Source of the DNA: an uncultured Woeseiaceae bacterium
GTDB taxonomy: Bacteria > Pseudomonadota > Gammaproteobacteria > Steroidobacterales > Woeseiaceae
Assembly: GCA_947258565.1 (NCBI GenBank)
Contig: CAMYJB010000024.1
Coordinates: 7,553 to 71,552 of the forward strand
DNA: 64,000 nt
Reading direction: 5' to 3'
Shown here piece by piece: positions 1-9,876 of the stretch. The stretch's first letter is position 1. Every line of letters begins with the position of its first letter. The notes beneath the pieces were generated by a model. That model was not told the origin of the DNA. It saw nothing but the letters and a program-made list of their open reading frames with translations, and did no database searches. Position numbers and translations under genes: made by a program.

Positions 1-132
1 GCGATACCGAACAAGAGCGACCGTTTCCCGAAGCTGTTTTCTGTGGTGAGTCGTCCGCAAACCGGAGCGGGATCGATTGGTGGCAACAGTGGACGTTCAG
101 GGCGCCGGCGGCGGCGTTCGAGGTAATCGCCG

Positions 133-1242
133 TTGAGCAGACCCGACGCATCATTGCTCCGCCATAGCGATGCACTCGAAGTGCATTGGCCGTCCGGGAA
201 GGTGAGCCACCTGAATTTCCTGTGGTTACGCGATAACTGCGGTTGTGAAGAGTGTCGGGTCGTCCAGACCAACGAGAAGCGCTTCATGATCAGTGACGTG
301 CCCGTGGACATCGCGCCGCTCGCAGTCAGCCTGGACGGCAACCGGCTCGCCCTCGTCTGGCCGGACGGTCACGAAACGGTTTATGACGGCGCGGATATCG
401 AGGCAGCGTACGCGCCCGATAGTGTGAAATGGACGCCCTGGGACAGGCGTTTTTCGCCATCGCGGTACGGGTTCCAGGCGTTCCTCCGGGACGATTCGGC
501 CGCGTCGGCCGCAATCACCGAGTTCCTGGACACGGGCGCGATCATCCTGCAGCAGGCGCCGGCGCAGCCGGGAACGCTGGAGTCGCTGGCGCCGCGGCTG
601 GGGCCGATTCGCGAGGTCCTGTTTGCTCGCATCCATGACGTGAAGATCGACCCGAGCGGTTACAACGTGGCGCACACGTCCAACGCGCTGCCGCCGCACA
701 ACGACTTTGCCAGCTATTCCTGGCCGCCGAGCGTGCAGGCGCTGCACATGCTGGTCAACGAGGCGGCCGGCGGCGAGTCCGTTATCGTCGATGGCTGGAA
801 CGTTCTGAACGCACTGCGCGAGCGCCACCCCGGCCACTTCCGGGCGCTGTGCGACACGCCCGTTCCTTTCAGGGAGTTCGACGACGACAACGAGACCTAT
901 GCGGTCGCGCCACTGGTGCGCTGCGATGGCGACGGCAATATCCTGTCGCTGCGATTTTCGAACCAGCTGATGCAGGCGCTGGACCCCGGGGCTCCCGGCG
1001 TCGGCGAATTTTATCGTGCGTATCATGCTCTGTGCGGCCTGCTCACGGCGGACGATGCCAAGGCGAGGTTTCGTCTCGACGGCGGCGACATATTGATCGT
1101 GGCGGCTCACAGGGTTCTGCATGGACGCGAAGCTTTCGCGGCGGCAGGCCGGCGACACCTGCAGGACGCCTATTTCGAACTCGACAACGTCAGGAACCAC
1201 CTCGTCGTTCTGCAACGCAAGGGGGCACATATCGATGACTGA
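133..1242 (+). CDS. 2-oxoglutarate/Fe(II) dioxygenase of the gamma-butyrobetaine hydroxylase / TmpA / PhnY family
   Basis: TTG start. N-terminal DUF971-type zinc motif LWLRDNCGCEEC about 30 aa from the start. HxD...H facial triad (LPPHNDF ... RVLHGREAF). Stop codon overlaps the next ATG by 8 nt. Confidence 0.8.
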   Translation: MSRPDASLLRHSDALEVHWPSGKVSHLNFLWLRDNCGCEECRVVQTNEKRFMISDVPVDIAPLAVSLDGNRLALVWPDGHETVYDGADIEAAYAPDSVKWTPWDRRFSPSRYGFQAFLRDDSAASAAITEFLDTGAIILQQAPAQPGTLESLAPRLGPIREVLFARIHDVKIDPSGYNVAHTSNALPPHNDFASYSWPPSVQALHMLVNEAAGGESVIVDGWNVLNALRERHPGHFRALCDTPVPFREFDDDNETYAVAPLVRCDGDGNILSLRFSNQLMQALDPGAPGVGEFYRAYHALCGLLTADDAKARFRLDGGDILIVAAHRVLHGREAFAAAGRRHLQDAYFELDNVRNHLVVLQRKGAHIDD

Positions 1243-1792
1243 CAAAGTCTCGTTTACGGCAATGGAACACGGCACGCGGGAAGACTACGAACTCCTGGCG
1301 CGCCATGATCGGGAATACGCTGCGCAACTGGCGGACAGGGTCATGCAATGGCTGCTGCAGATGGACGGCGAGTCGCCGTACCAGATCAGCCGCCTCGAGC
1401 ACTGCCTGCAGACGGCGACGCGCGCAGAGCGCGACGGCGCCGACGACGAAACCGTCATCTGCGCGCTGCTGCACGATATCGGGGACATCCTGGCACCGAA
1501 TAGTCATTCGGCCGTGGCTGCCGATCTGCTCGCCCCGTTCGTGAGCGAGAAAAACGAGTGGATCGTCCGCCACCACGGACTGTTCCAGGGTTACTACTAC
1601 TTCCATCATTACGGCATGGACCGCGACGCGCGAGACAGGTACCGCGGGCATGAGTACTTCGATGCGTGCGCGGACTTTTGCGCCAGGTGGGACCAGGTCT
1701 CGTTCGATCCCGAATACGACACATTTCCGCTGGAGCATTTCGAGGCCCGATTGCGCGCCTTGTTCGCGAAGGAGCCCAGGGCTTTTATCTGA
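1235..1792 (+). CDS. HD-domain protein, PhnZ/TmpB-like (putative diiron oxygenase cleaving C-P bonds)
   Basis: ATG 1235 chosen inside the 1121 ORF; the upstream part is only the out-of-frame overlap with the previous gene. Ligand pattern RLEH ... ALLHDIGD ... NSH ... RHHG ... RWDQVSFD. About 185 aa, the size of PhnZ-type proteins. Confidence 0.7.
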   Translation: MTDKVSFTAMEHGTREDYELLARHDREYAAQLADRVMQWLLQMDGESPYQISRLEHCLQTATRAERDGADDETVICALLHDIGDILAPNSHSAVAADLLAPFVSEKNEWIVRHHGLFQGYYYFHHYGMDRDARDRYRGHEYFDACADFCARWDQVSFDPEYDTFPLEHFEARLRALFAKEPRAFI

Positions 1793-1814
1793 GGACAATG
1801 GAGTAACGAGGCGC

Positions 1815-4271
1815 ATGAAAGAGCAGGCAAAAGTGGTAGTTATCGGCGGCGGCGTAGTGGGTGTCAGCGCCCTCTATCACCTCGCGAAAAAAGGCTGGGG
1901 CGATGACGCCGTGTTGCTCGAAAAAGCCGAGCTGACATCGGGGTCCACCTGGCATGCCGCCGGCCTGTTGCCGTTGTTCAACATGAGTTACAGCGTCGGC
2001 CAGGTCCATAAATACTCGGTTAATCTCTACAACCAGCTCGAGGAAGAGACGGGGCAGCCCGTGGGCTTTGCCCGGGTCGGCAACCTGCGCCTTGCGATGA
2101 ACGACGACCGCATGGACGAGTACTACCAGTACGCGGCGACCGCCCGCACCATCGGCATCGACGTGCGCTTCCTGACGCCGGCAGAAATAGGGGAACTATG
2201 GCCGCTGTGCAATACAGACGGGCTCGTGGGCGGCATTTTCCATCCGGAGGACGGCTACATTCAGCCGGCCGACCTCACGCAGGCGCTGGCGAGGGGAGCG
2301 CGTGCGAGAGGCGCCACGATCTATCGCAACACGGCCGTGCTGAACATCGAGCAGGCGACGTCAGGTGGCTGGGTGGTCGAGACGGAGAAGGGCAGCATCA
2401 CCTGCGACCACGTCATTTCGGCGACCGGCAACTACGCGCGCAAGACGGGTGCCATGGTGGGCCTCGATATTCCGGTAATCCCCGTCGAGCACCAGTACCT
2501 CGTAACGGAGCCGCACCCGGCGCTGCAGCAGCGCAAGCAGGACGGCCTGCCCGAGATGGGCGTACTGCGCGAGTCGGACGGCTCCTGGTACCTGCGCGAG
2601 GAGAACAACGGTTTCATTCTCGGCCCTTACGAGAAGGGCGCGCCGGCCTGTTACGTTGACGGCCCCGATCCGCGCGCCGAATACGAGCTGTTCCAGGAGG
2701 ACATAGAAAGGCTCGAGCCGCACATCGAGGCAGCGATGAACCGGGTTCCCGCCTTCGGCGAGGTGGGCATCAAGAAGGTCTATAACGGGGCGATCGCCTA
2801 TACGCCGGACGGCAACCCGATCATCGGCCCGGCCTGGGACCTCGACAATTTCTGGCTCAACGAGGGGCACAGCTTCGGCATCACGGCGGCCGGCGGTGCA
2901 GGCTGGCAGCTGGCGGAATGGATCGTGGAAGGCGAACCGACCATCGACATGCTGGGCGTCGAACCCCGGCGCTTCGGCGATTACGCGACGAAGAAATACC
3001 TCATCGAAAAAAACGAGGAGGCGTACTCGCACGTCTTCATCATCCATTACCCGGACGAGGAGCGCCCTGCGGCCAGGCCTTTGCGAATGGCGCCGTGCTA
3101 TGAGCGCATGAAGGATCGCGGCGCCGTGTTCGGCCAGAAGTTCGGCTGGGAGCGGCCGAACTTCTTCGCCACGGACGGCATGCCGCAGGAAGATGACTGG
3201 TCGTTCCGGCGCTCGCGGTGGTTCGAGGCGATCCGCAGGGAAGTCGCGAACACGACCGAAAACGTCGGCCTGCTGGACATGACCGCGTTTGCAAAGTGCC
3301 GTGTGTCGGGTCCGGGCGCGGAGGCCTTCCTCGATTACTTCGTGGCAAACACGTTACCGAAGAAGGTCGGCGGCGTGAGTCTCGCGCATGCGCTCAACAG
3401 GAATGGCGGCGTGCATTCCGAATTCACGATCCGGCGGGAGCCCGGCGACTCGTTCTACCTCGTGTCGGCGGGCGCCCTGCAACGGCTCGATCACGACTAC
3501 CTGAAGAAGCACATGCCGCGCGACGGTTCGGTGCAGTTCACGCAGCTGACCGGCGCCTGCGGCGTGCTCGTGCTGGCAGGACCGAAAGCGCGCCTTCTGC
3601 TCGAGCGCGTGACGGACGCGGATTTGTCCAACGAAGCGTTTCGCTGGCTGACGGCGCAGGACATCGTCGTCGGTATGGCGCCCGTCAACGCGATGCGGGT
3701 GAACTTCGTGGGCGAACTCGGCTGGGAGCTGCACCACCCGATCGAATACCAGAATCACATATTCGATGCACTGTTTGCCGCGGGCGAGGACCTCGGCCTG
3801 CAGCCCTTCGGCATCCGCGCCATGGACTCCATGCGGCTGGAGAAGTCGTACCGAATGGTCGGCACCGAGCTTTCGATCGAATACTCCGCCTACGAGTCCG
3901 CCATGGATCGCTTCATCAAGCCGGACAAGGGCGATTTTCTCGGCCGCGACGCCTTGCTCGCCCGGCAGAAGGCGGGCATGGACAATCGACTCGTGGCGCT
4001 CGAGGTCCACGGTGTCGATGATGCCGATGCCCTGGGCAATAATGCGCTCCTGAAAGATGCTGAACTGATCGGGCGTGCGACGGGCGGCGGCTACGGCTTT
4101 CGCGTCGGCAAGTCGCTGGCGCTGGGCATGGTGAGGCCGGAATTCGCGGAGCCCGGGTCCGGACTCGAGATCGAGATTCTCGGCAAGACCTATGACGCGA
4201 CGGTCATCCCCGACAGTCCGTTCGATCCGAAGAATGAGCGCTTGCGGGACGTAAATGGAGCCAATGACTGA
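1815..4271 (+). CDS. dimethylglycine/sarcosine dehydrogenase family protein (FAD DAO domain + GcvT folate-binding domain)
   Basis: ATG 1815 (MKEQAKVVVIGGGVVG, GxGxxG) preferred over 1650. About 818 aa with an N-terminal FAD oxidoreductase part and a C-terminal aminomethyltransferase-like part. Confidence 0.85.
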   Translation: MKEQAKVVVIGGGVVGVSALYHLAKKGWGDDAVLLEKAELTSGSTWHAAGLLPLFNMSYSVGQVHKYSVNLYNQLEEETGQPVGFARVGNLRLAMNDDRMDEYYQYAATARTIGIDVRFLTPAEIGELWPLCNTDGLVGGIFHPEDGYIQPADLTQALARGARARGATIYRNTAVLNIEQATSGGWVVETEKGSITCDHVISATGNYARKTGAMVGLDIPVIPVEHQYLVTEPHPALQQRKQDGLPEMGVLRESDGSWYLREENNGFILGPYEKGAPACYVDGPDPRAEYELFQEDIERLEPHIEAAMNRVPAFGEVGIKKVYNGAIAYTPDGNPIIGPAWDLDNFWLNEGHSFGITAAGGAGWQLAEWIVEGEPTIDMLGVEPRRFGDYATKKYLIEKNEEAYSHVFIIHYPDEERPAARPLRMAPCYERMKDRGAVFGQKFGWERPNFFATDGMPQEDDWSFRRSRWFEAIRREVANTTENVGLLDMTAFAKCRVSGPGAEAFLDYFVANTLPKKVGGVSLAHALNRNGGVHSEFTIRREPGDSFYLVSAGALQRLDHDYLKKHMPRDGSVQFTQLTGACGVLVLAGPKARLLLERVTDADLSNEAFRWLTAQDIVVGMAPVNAMRVNFVGELGWELHHPIEYQNHIFDALFAAGEDLGLQPFGIRAMDSMRLEKSYRMVGTELSIEYSAYESAMDRFIKPDKGDFLGRDALLARQKAGMDNRLVALEVHGVDDADALGNNALLKDAELIGRATGGGYGFRVGKSLALGMVRPEFAEPGSGLEIEILGKTYDATVIPDSPFDPKNERLRDVNGAND

Positions 4272-4674
4272 CGCGACCGGACAATGCCTCTGCGGCGCGG
4301 TACGCTACGCCGTGTACGGATCACTGCGCCCGGTGAGCTATTGCCACTGTTCGCAATGCCGCAGGACCAGCGGGCACTTCGTTGCCGCGACGGCCTGCGA
4401 CGCCGCGGCACTGCAGCTGCTGAAGGATGCGGGGCTGCGCTGGTATCGGTCGTCGCCGGGAGCCGAACGCGGATTCTGCGGCGATTGCGGATCGAGCCTG
4501 TTCTGGAAGCCGGATCACGGCCGCTACGTGAGCATCATGGCGGGAACCATGGATTCGCCGACGGGTCTCCATGCTGATGAGCACATTTTCGTTGCGGATG
4601 CGTCGGACTATTACGTGCTCGCAGACGGGCTGCCACAATTCGAACATTACCCGCCGGGAACCAGAGATGCGTAA
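4255..4674 (+). CDS. GFA (glutathione-dependent formaldehyde-activating / CENP-V) family protein
   Basis: Cysteine pattern CLCGAVRY ... CHCSQCRR ... [10 protein letters not shown]. An alternative ATG at 4264 gives an 8-nt ATGACTGA overlap with the upstream stop. Its own stop overlaps the soxB ATG by 8 nt. Confidence 0.8.
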   Translation: MEPMTDATGQCLCGAVRYAVYGSLRPVSYCHCSQCRRTSGHFVAATACDAAALQLLKDAGLRWYRSSPGAERGFCGDCGSSLFWKPDHGRYVSIMAGTMDSPTGLHADEHIFVADASDYYVLADGLPQFEHYPPGTRDA

Positions 4675-5917
4675 GTACTCCGCTTTCAGTCTCGTTCGCA
4701 ACGCGCTCAGCCACAATCGCAAGTGGCGCGAGGCGTGGCGCAGCCCGGATCCGAAGCCGGAGTACGACGTGATTATCGTCGGCGGGGGCGGGCATGGCCT
4801 CGCCACCGCCTACTACCTCGCGACGGAACACGGTGTTCGCAACGTTGCCGTGCTCGAGAAAGGCTGGATCGGTGGCGGCAATACCGGCCGCAATACGACG
4901 ATCGTGCGCTCGAATTACCTGTGGACGGAGGCCTCGCTGCTGTACGAGAAATCCATGCAACTCTGGGAGGGCCTGAGCCAGGACCTCAACTACAACGTGA
5001 TGTTCAGCCAGCGCGGTGTCTATAACCTGGGCCACACGCTGCAGGACATGCGCGATATCGAGCGGCGCGTCAATGCGAACCGTCTCAACGGTATCGATGC
5101 CGAGGTAGTCAGCGCCGAACAGATCGGTAAAGCCATTCCTTTTATCAATACGTCGCCCGATGCGCGCTACCCCATACTCGGGGCGTCACTGCAAAGGCGA
5201 GCGGGCGTGGCGCGTCACGACGCGGTCGCCTGGGGGTTCGCCCGTGCCGCAGACGCACGCGGCGTTGACATCATCGAGCAGTGCGAGGTCACCGGGATCA
5301 ATCGCGACGGCGGCAAGGTGACCGGTGTAGAGACGACGCGCGGCGTGATCAAGGCGCCCAGGATCGGCGTGGTCGTGGCCGGGAACGCAAGCGTGCTCGC
5401 CGCGATGGCGGGATTGCGCCTGCCGATCGAAAGTCATCCGTTGCAGGCGTTCGTATCGGAGCCGCTGAAGCCCGTGATCGATACCGTGATCATGTCGAAT
5501 GCGGTGCATGGCTATATCAGCCAGTCGGACAAGGGCGAACTCGTCATCGGCGCGGGCATAGACGCCTACAACGGTTACGGCCAGCGCGGCAGCTTCCAGA
5601 CCATCGAGCATACGATGCAGGCGATTATCGAGTTGTTCCCGGTGCTCAGCCGCGTGCGCATGCTGAGGCAGTGGGGCGGCATCGTCGACGTCTGTCCCGA
5701 TGCCTGCCCGATTATCTCGAAGACGCCCGTCGGCGGTCTCTTCTTCAACTGCGGTTGGGGCACGGGCGGTTTCAAGGCGACGCCCGGCTCGGGCTGGGCG
5801 TTTGCGCACACGATCGCAGAGGACCGCCCGCACGAGCTCAATGCGCCGTTCGACCTCGAGCGCTTCACGACCGGCGCATTGATCGATGAACACGGTGCCG
5901 CGGCGGTAGCCCACTGA
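4667..5917 (+). CDS. soxB: sarcosine oxidase beta subunit
   Basis: ATG 4667 ([14 protein letters not shown]...). FAD motif [19 protein letters not shown]. About 416 aa. First gene of the canonical soxB-D-A-G order. Confidence 0.9.
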   Translation: MRKYSAFSLVRNALSHNRKWREAWRSPDPKPEYDVIIVGGGGHGLATAYYLATEHGVRNVAVLEKGWIGGGNTGRNTTIVRSNYLWTEASLLYEKSMQLWEGLSQDLNYNVMFSQRGVYNLGHTLQDMRDIERRVNANRLNGIDAEVVSAEQIGKAIPFINTSPDARYPILGASLQRRAGVARHDAVAWGFARAADARGVDIIEQCEVTGINRDGGKVTGVETTRGVIKAPRIGVVVAGNASVLAAMAGLRLPIESHPLQAFVSEPLKPVIDTVIMSNAVHGYISQSDKGELVIGAGIDAYNGYGQRGSFQTIEHTMQAIIELFPVLSRVRMLRQWGGIVDVCPDACPIISKTPVGGLFFNCGWGTGGFKATPGSGWAFAHTIAEDRPHELNAPFDLERFTTGALIDEHGAAAVAH

Positions 5918-5927
5918 GGAGACGCAG

Positions 5928-6209
5928 ATGTTGCTTATCGAATGTCCATGGTGTGGCGAGCGGGCCGAAACCGAGTTCAGCTATGGTGGCGAAGCCGGCA
6001 TCACGCGCCCGGCTGATCCCGGTGCGCTCAGCGATGCGGAGTGGGCCGACTACCTGTTCAATCGCAGCAATACCCGCGGTGCACACCGCGAACTCTGGAA
6101 TCACGCCCAGGGCTGCCGCCGCTGGTTCGGCGTCGAGCGCGATACCGTGACGTACAGGATCTCGGGCAGCTTCCGTCTCTCCGGCGCTTCGGACAACCGG
6201 GAGGCCTAG
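5928..6209 (+). CDS. soxD: sarcosine oxidase delta subunit
   Basis: 93 aa, N-terminus MLLIECPWCGERAETEFSYGGEA. Lies between soxB and soxA. Confidence 0.9.
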   Translation: MLLIECPWCGERAETEFSYGGEAGITRPADPGALSDAEWADYLFNRSNTRGAHRELWNHAQGCRRWFGVERDTVTYRISGSFRLSGASDNREA

Positions 6210-6215
6210 CCGACG

Positions 6216-9215
6216 ATGCAGCCGCAACGACTGCCAACCGGAGGCCGGATCGACCGTTCGAAGCCGCTCATCTTTCGCTTCGACGGGCGCAAGTTCGAAG
6301 GCTATGCGGGAGACACGCTGGCGTCGGCGTTGCTCGCAAACGGTGTCTCGATCGTCGGTCGGAGCTTCAAACTGCGGCGGCCGCGCGGCATCGTGGGAGG
6401 CGGGGCAGAGGAACCGAATGCCATCATGCAGATCGGCAAAGGCGCGCATGCGCAGCCGAACCTGCGCGCGACCCAGGTCGAGCTTTACGACGGTCTGGTT
6501 GCCCGTGCTACCAAAGGCTGGCCGGGTGCCAGGTTCGATCTCGGCGCCATCAATGACGCCTTCGGCAAGGTCTTCAGCGCCGGGTTCTACTACAAGACGT
6601 TCATGAGGCCGAAGTCCTGGTGGCACCTTTACGAACGCGTCATCCGGGCATCGGCAGGTTTCGGGCGGGCGCCGGTGGAGAAAGACCCGGACCACTACGA
6701 GCATCGCAATGCGCACTGCGATGTACTCGTTGCCGGCGGTGGCCCCGCCGGACTCGCGGCCGCCCTCGCGGCCGGGCAGGCGGGCGCCCGGGTCATGCTG
6801 GCCGATGAACAAAACGAATTCGGCGGGTCGCTGCTGGGCGCGAAGCGGAACGTCGGCGACGCACCTGCCGAAGAATGGCTCAGGCGTACCATCGAGTCGC
6901 TCGCCGCGCTCGACAACGTTACGTTGCTGCCGCGTAGTACGGTGTTCGGCTATTACGACCACAACTTCCTGGCGATCGCCGAACGCTGCACGGACCACCT
7001 GCCCGAGGCAGACCGCGCGGGCGTGCGGCAACGACTGTGGCGGGTGCGGGCGAAACAGGTCGTGCTCGCCCAGGGCGCGTTCGAGCGGCCACTGGCTTTC
7101 TGCAACAACGACCGGCCGGGCGTGATGCTCGCGTCGGCCGTGTCGCAATACATTCGTCGCTACGCGGTGCGACCGGGCAGGCGCGCCGTCGTCTTTACCA
7201 ACAACGATTCCGCCTACGAAACCGCTCTCGACCTCGCGGAAGCCGGGTCGTCGGTAGTCATCGTGGACAGTCGCGCGGGCGGCGCAGGGCCGCTCGGGGA
7301 GCGCGCCGCGCAGGCGGGAATATCCGTTATTGCCGGCCATGTCGTCACGGACGTGGTGGGGCGGCGGCGCGTACGCGGCGTGCAGGTTGCGGGCTGGTCG
7401 GGCAATCCGGCTTACCTCGTGGAGAGTTCGATTCGTATCGACTGTGACCTCGTCGCGATGTCCGGTGGCTGGAGTCCGGCGGTGCACCTGCACTCGCATG
7501 CCGGTGGCAGGAACGTGTGGGATGCGGAGCGGCACTGCTTCGTACCTGGCGAAACGACGCAGGCAAACGTCTCTGCGGGGTCCTGCAACGGCACCTTGTC
7601 GTTGCGCGGTTGCCTCCGCGAAGGCAACGAGTCGGGGAGAGCGGCGGCATCACGCTGTGGATTCGAGGCACCGGATATCGAATTGCCGTCCACGTCAGAG
7701 GGTCACGAAAACCCGCTGCAGCCGCTCTGGCGCGTGCCCGCCGATGCGGAGCCCGAGCGCTGCCCCAAGCAATTCCTGGACTATCAGAACGATACCAGCG
7801 TCGCGGATATCCGCCTGGCCGTGCGCGAAGGCTACCGCAACGTCGAGCACGTCAAGCGCTACACGGCGCTCGGCTTCGGCACCGATCAGGGCAAGCTGGG
7901 CAACATCAACGGCATGGCGGTGCTCGCGGAATGCCTGGGCAAGTCCATTCCCGAGGTCGGCACGACCACCTTCAGGCCCGCGTACACGCCCGTCACCTTC
8001 GGTGTCGGCGCCGGCGAAAATGTCGGCGACCTGTACGATCCCGTACGCAAGACCGCAATCCACGAATGGCATGTCGCCGCCGGCGCGCCGATGGAAAATG
8101 TGGGGCAGTGGCACAGGCCCTGGTACTTCCCGCGTGACAACGAGGACCTGCACACGGCGGTAGCACGCGAGTGCCAGGCGGCGCGGCAGTCGCTGGGCAT
8201 CATGGATGCATCCACGCTCGGCAAGATCGACGCCCGCGGCCCGGACGTCGTCGATTTCCTGGAACGCATATACACGCACAATGTCGGCACGATGAAGGTC
8301 GGCCGCTGCGCGTACGGCATCATGCTCGGCGAGGACGGCATGGTGATGGACGACGGCGTCATGGCGCGGGTGGGCGAGCAGCGCTTTTATCTCACGACGA
8401 CGACGGGCGGTGCGGCGAATGTACTTGCATGGCTCGAGTCGTGGCTGCAGACCGAGTGGCCCGAGCTGGAGGTGTTTCTCACGTCGCTCACCGACCAGTT
8501 CTCGACGATCGCTGTCGTCGGCCCGAACAGCCGCAGGGTTCTCGAGAAGCTCGGCTGCTCTATCGATCTCGACAAGGACAGTTTCCCGTTCATGACGGTA
8601 AGAGATGCGGAACTCGGCGGGTACCCGGTGCAGCTCTTTCGCGTCAGCTTCTCAGGCGAACTCGCGTTCGAGATCAATATCGACAGCAGCTATGCGCTGC
8701 AAATGTGGAAGACTGTCATGGCAGCTGGCGAGGAGTTCGGCATAACACCTTACGGCACCGAAACCATGCACGTTCTGCGTGCGGAGAAAGGTTTCGTCAT
8801 CGTCGGCCAGGACACGGACGGCTCGGTGACGCCGGTCGATCTCGGCATGAACTGGCTACTGTCGAAAGACAAGGATTTCCTCGGTAAACGTTCCCTCGCG
8901 CGCCCCGATTGCGTACGTGACGATCGCAAGCAACTGGTCGGGCTGCTGTCTCCGGATAACGGCACGGTGCTCCCTGAAGGAACGCAGCTGGTGGAAACGC
9001 CGGATGCGCCGGTGCCCGTGCCCATGTGCGGTCACGTCACGTCGAGCTACATGAGCGCCTGCCTCGGGCATCCCATCGCGCTTGCACTCGTCGCAGGCGG
9101 TCGTGCACGCAAGGCCGAAACGATCTATGCGGCATTGCCCGGGCGGGAGCCGATGCCCGTGACCGTCACCGCGCCGGTTTTTTACGATCCGAAGGGAGAA
9201 CGGCAGCATGTCTGA
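6216..9215 (+). CDS. soxA: sarcosine oxidase alpha subunit
   Basis: 999 aa. Dinucleotide motif DVLVAGGGPAGLAAALAAG. C-terminal GcvT-like folate-binding region. Operon position fits. Confidence 0.9.
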   Translation: MQPQRLPTGGRIDRSKPLIFRFDGRKFEGYAGDTLASALLANGVSIVGRSFKLRRPRGIVGGGAEEPNAIMQIGKGAHAQPNLRATQVELYDGLVARATKGWPGARFDLGAINDAFGKVFSAGFYYKTFMRPKSWWHLYERVIRASAGFGRAPVEKDPDHYEHRNAHCDVLVAGGGPAGLAAALAAGQAGARVMLADEQNEFGGSLLGAKRNVGDAPAEEWLRRTIESLAALDNVTLLPRSTVFGYYDHNFLAIAERCTDHLPEADRAGVRQRLWRVRAKQVVLAQGAFERPLAFCNNDRPGVMLASAVSQYIRRYAVRPGRRAVVFTNNDSAYETALDLAEAGSSVVIVDSRAGGAGPLGERAAQAGISVIAGHVVTDVVGRRRVRGVQVAGWSGNPAYLVESSIRIDCDLVAMSGGWSPAVHLHSHAGGRNVWDAERHCFVPGETTQANVSAGSCNGTLSLRGCLREGNESGRAAASRCGFEAPDIELPSTSEGHENPLQPLWRVPADAEPERCPKQFLDYQNDTSVADIRLAVREGYRNVEHVKRYTALGFGTDQGKLGNINGMAVLAECLGKSIPEVGTTTFRPAYTPVTFGVGAGENVGDLYDPVRKTAIHEWHVAAGAPMENVGQWHRPWYFPRDNEDLHTAVARECQAARQSLGIMDASTLGKIDARGPDVVDFLERIYTHNVGTMKVGRCAYGIMLGEDGMVMDDGVMARVGEQRFYLTTTTGGAANVLAWLESWLQTEWPELEVFLTSLTDQFSTIAVVGPNSRRVLEKLGCSIDLDKDSFPFMTVRDAELGGYPVQLFRVSFSGELAFEINIDSSYALQMWKTVMAAGEEFGITPYGTETMHVLRAEKGFVIVGQDTDGSVTPVDLGMNWLLSKDKDFLGKRSLARPDCVRDDRKQLVGLLSPDNGTVLPEGTQLVETPDAPVPVPMCGHVTSSYMSACLGHPIALALVAGGRARKAETIYAALPGREPMPVTVTAPVFYDPKGERQHV

Positions 9216-9813
9216 GCTCCTAACGCGACGCCACGGTCTCGAATTTTTGCTCGCCGAATTGGGCGGATCGCGCATGGCTGATCCGGGAGCGAGCGTCACG
9301 ATCCGCGGCGATCTCGGGCACATCAACCTTCGCGGTCGTGCATCGGATGCAGGTTTCTTGCCGCCGGTCGAGAAATTGCTGGGCCAGGCACTGCCGATAG
9401 AGCCGAATACGGTTTCCGGTGAACGTCACCAGGTATTCTGGCTCGGTCCCGACGAGTGGCTCATCGTCACACCGGCCGCCGGGGCGTTGGAACTGGCCGA
9501 GCGCCTTCGACAGGCGACATCGGGCACCCATGCGTCGGTCAACGATATCAGCGGCGGGCAGATCGCACTGATGTTGCAAGGGGCGGAGTGTCGTGAGTTG
9601 CTGGCCAAAGGTTGCGCCCTTGACCTGCATCCGAGCGTGTTTGCAGCCGGCGACTGTGCACAAAGCGGTCTTGCCAGGGCCAACGTCCTCTTGGCACTAA
9701 TGGACGCAACGCCCACGTTCATGATTGTCGTTCGCCGCAGCTTTTCTGACTACTTGTGCCGTTGGCTCGCGCATGCCGGCAGCGACGTGGGCATTGCGTT
9801 CCGGGACGCCTGA
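9208..9813 (+). CDS. soxG: sarcosine oxidase gamma subunit
   Basis: 201 aa. The ATG lies 8 nt inside the soxA 3' end (ATGTCTGA). Size and position match the gamma subunit; the call rests mainly on context. Confidence 0.75.
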   Translation: MSELLTRRHGLEFLLAELGGSRMADPGASVTIRGDLGHINLRGRASDAGFLPPVEKLLGQALPIEPNTVSGERHQVFWLGPDEWLIVTPAAGALELAERLRQATSGTHASVNDISGGQIALMLQGAECRELLAKGCALDLHPSVFAAGDCAQSGLARANVLLALMDATPTFMIVVRRSFSDYLCRWLAHAGSDVGIAFRDA

Positions 9814-9876
9814 TCGAATGATGACGCCGCACGCGCGGCATTGAGTTCCGCCAGACCGCAATTCATACTCCGGGCG

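Noticed and set aside
1-168. Open frame 3 at the window start (..IDWWQQWTFRAPAAAFEVIAVEQTRRIIAPP*) as the 3' end of an upstream gene overlapping the dioxygenase start.
   Set aside because: It is too short and motif-free to support. It would overlap the TTG 133 start by 36 nt. It cannot be decided without upstream sequence.
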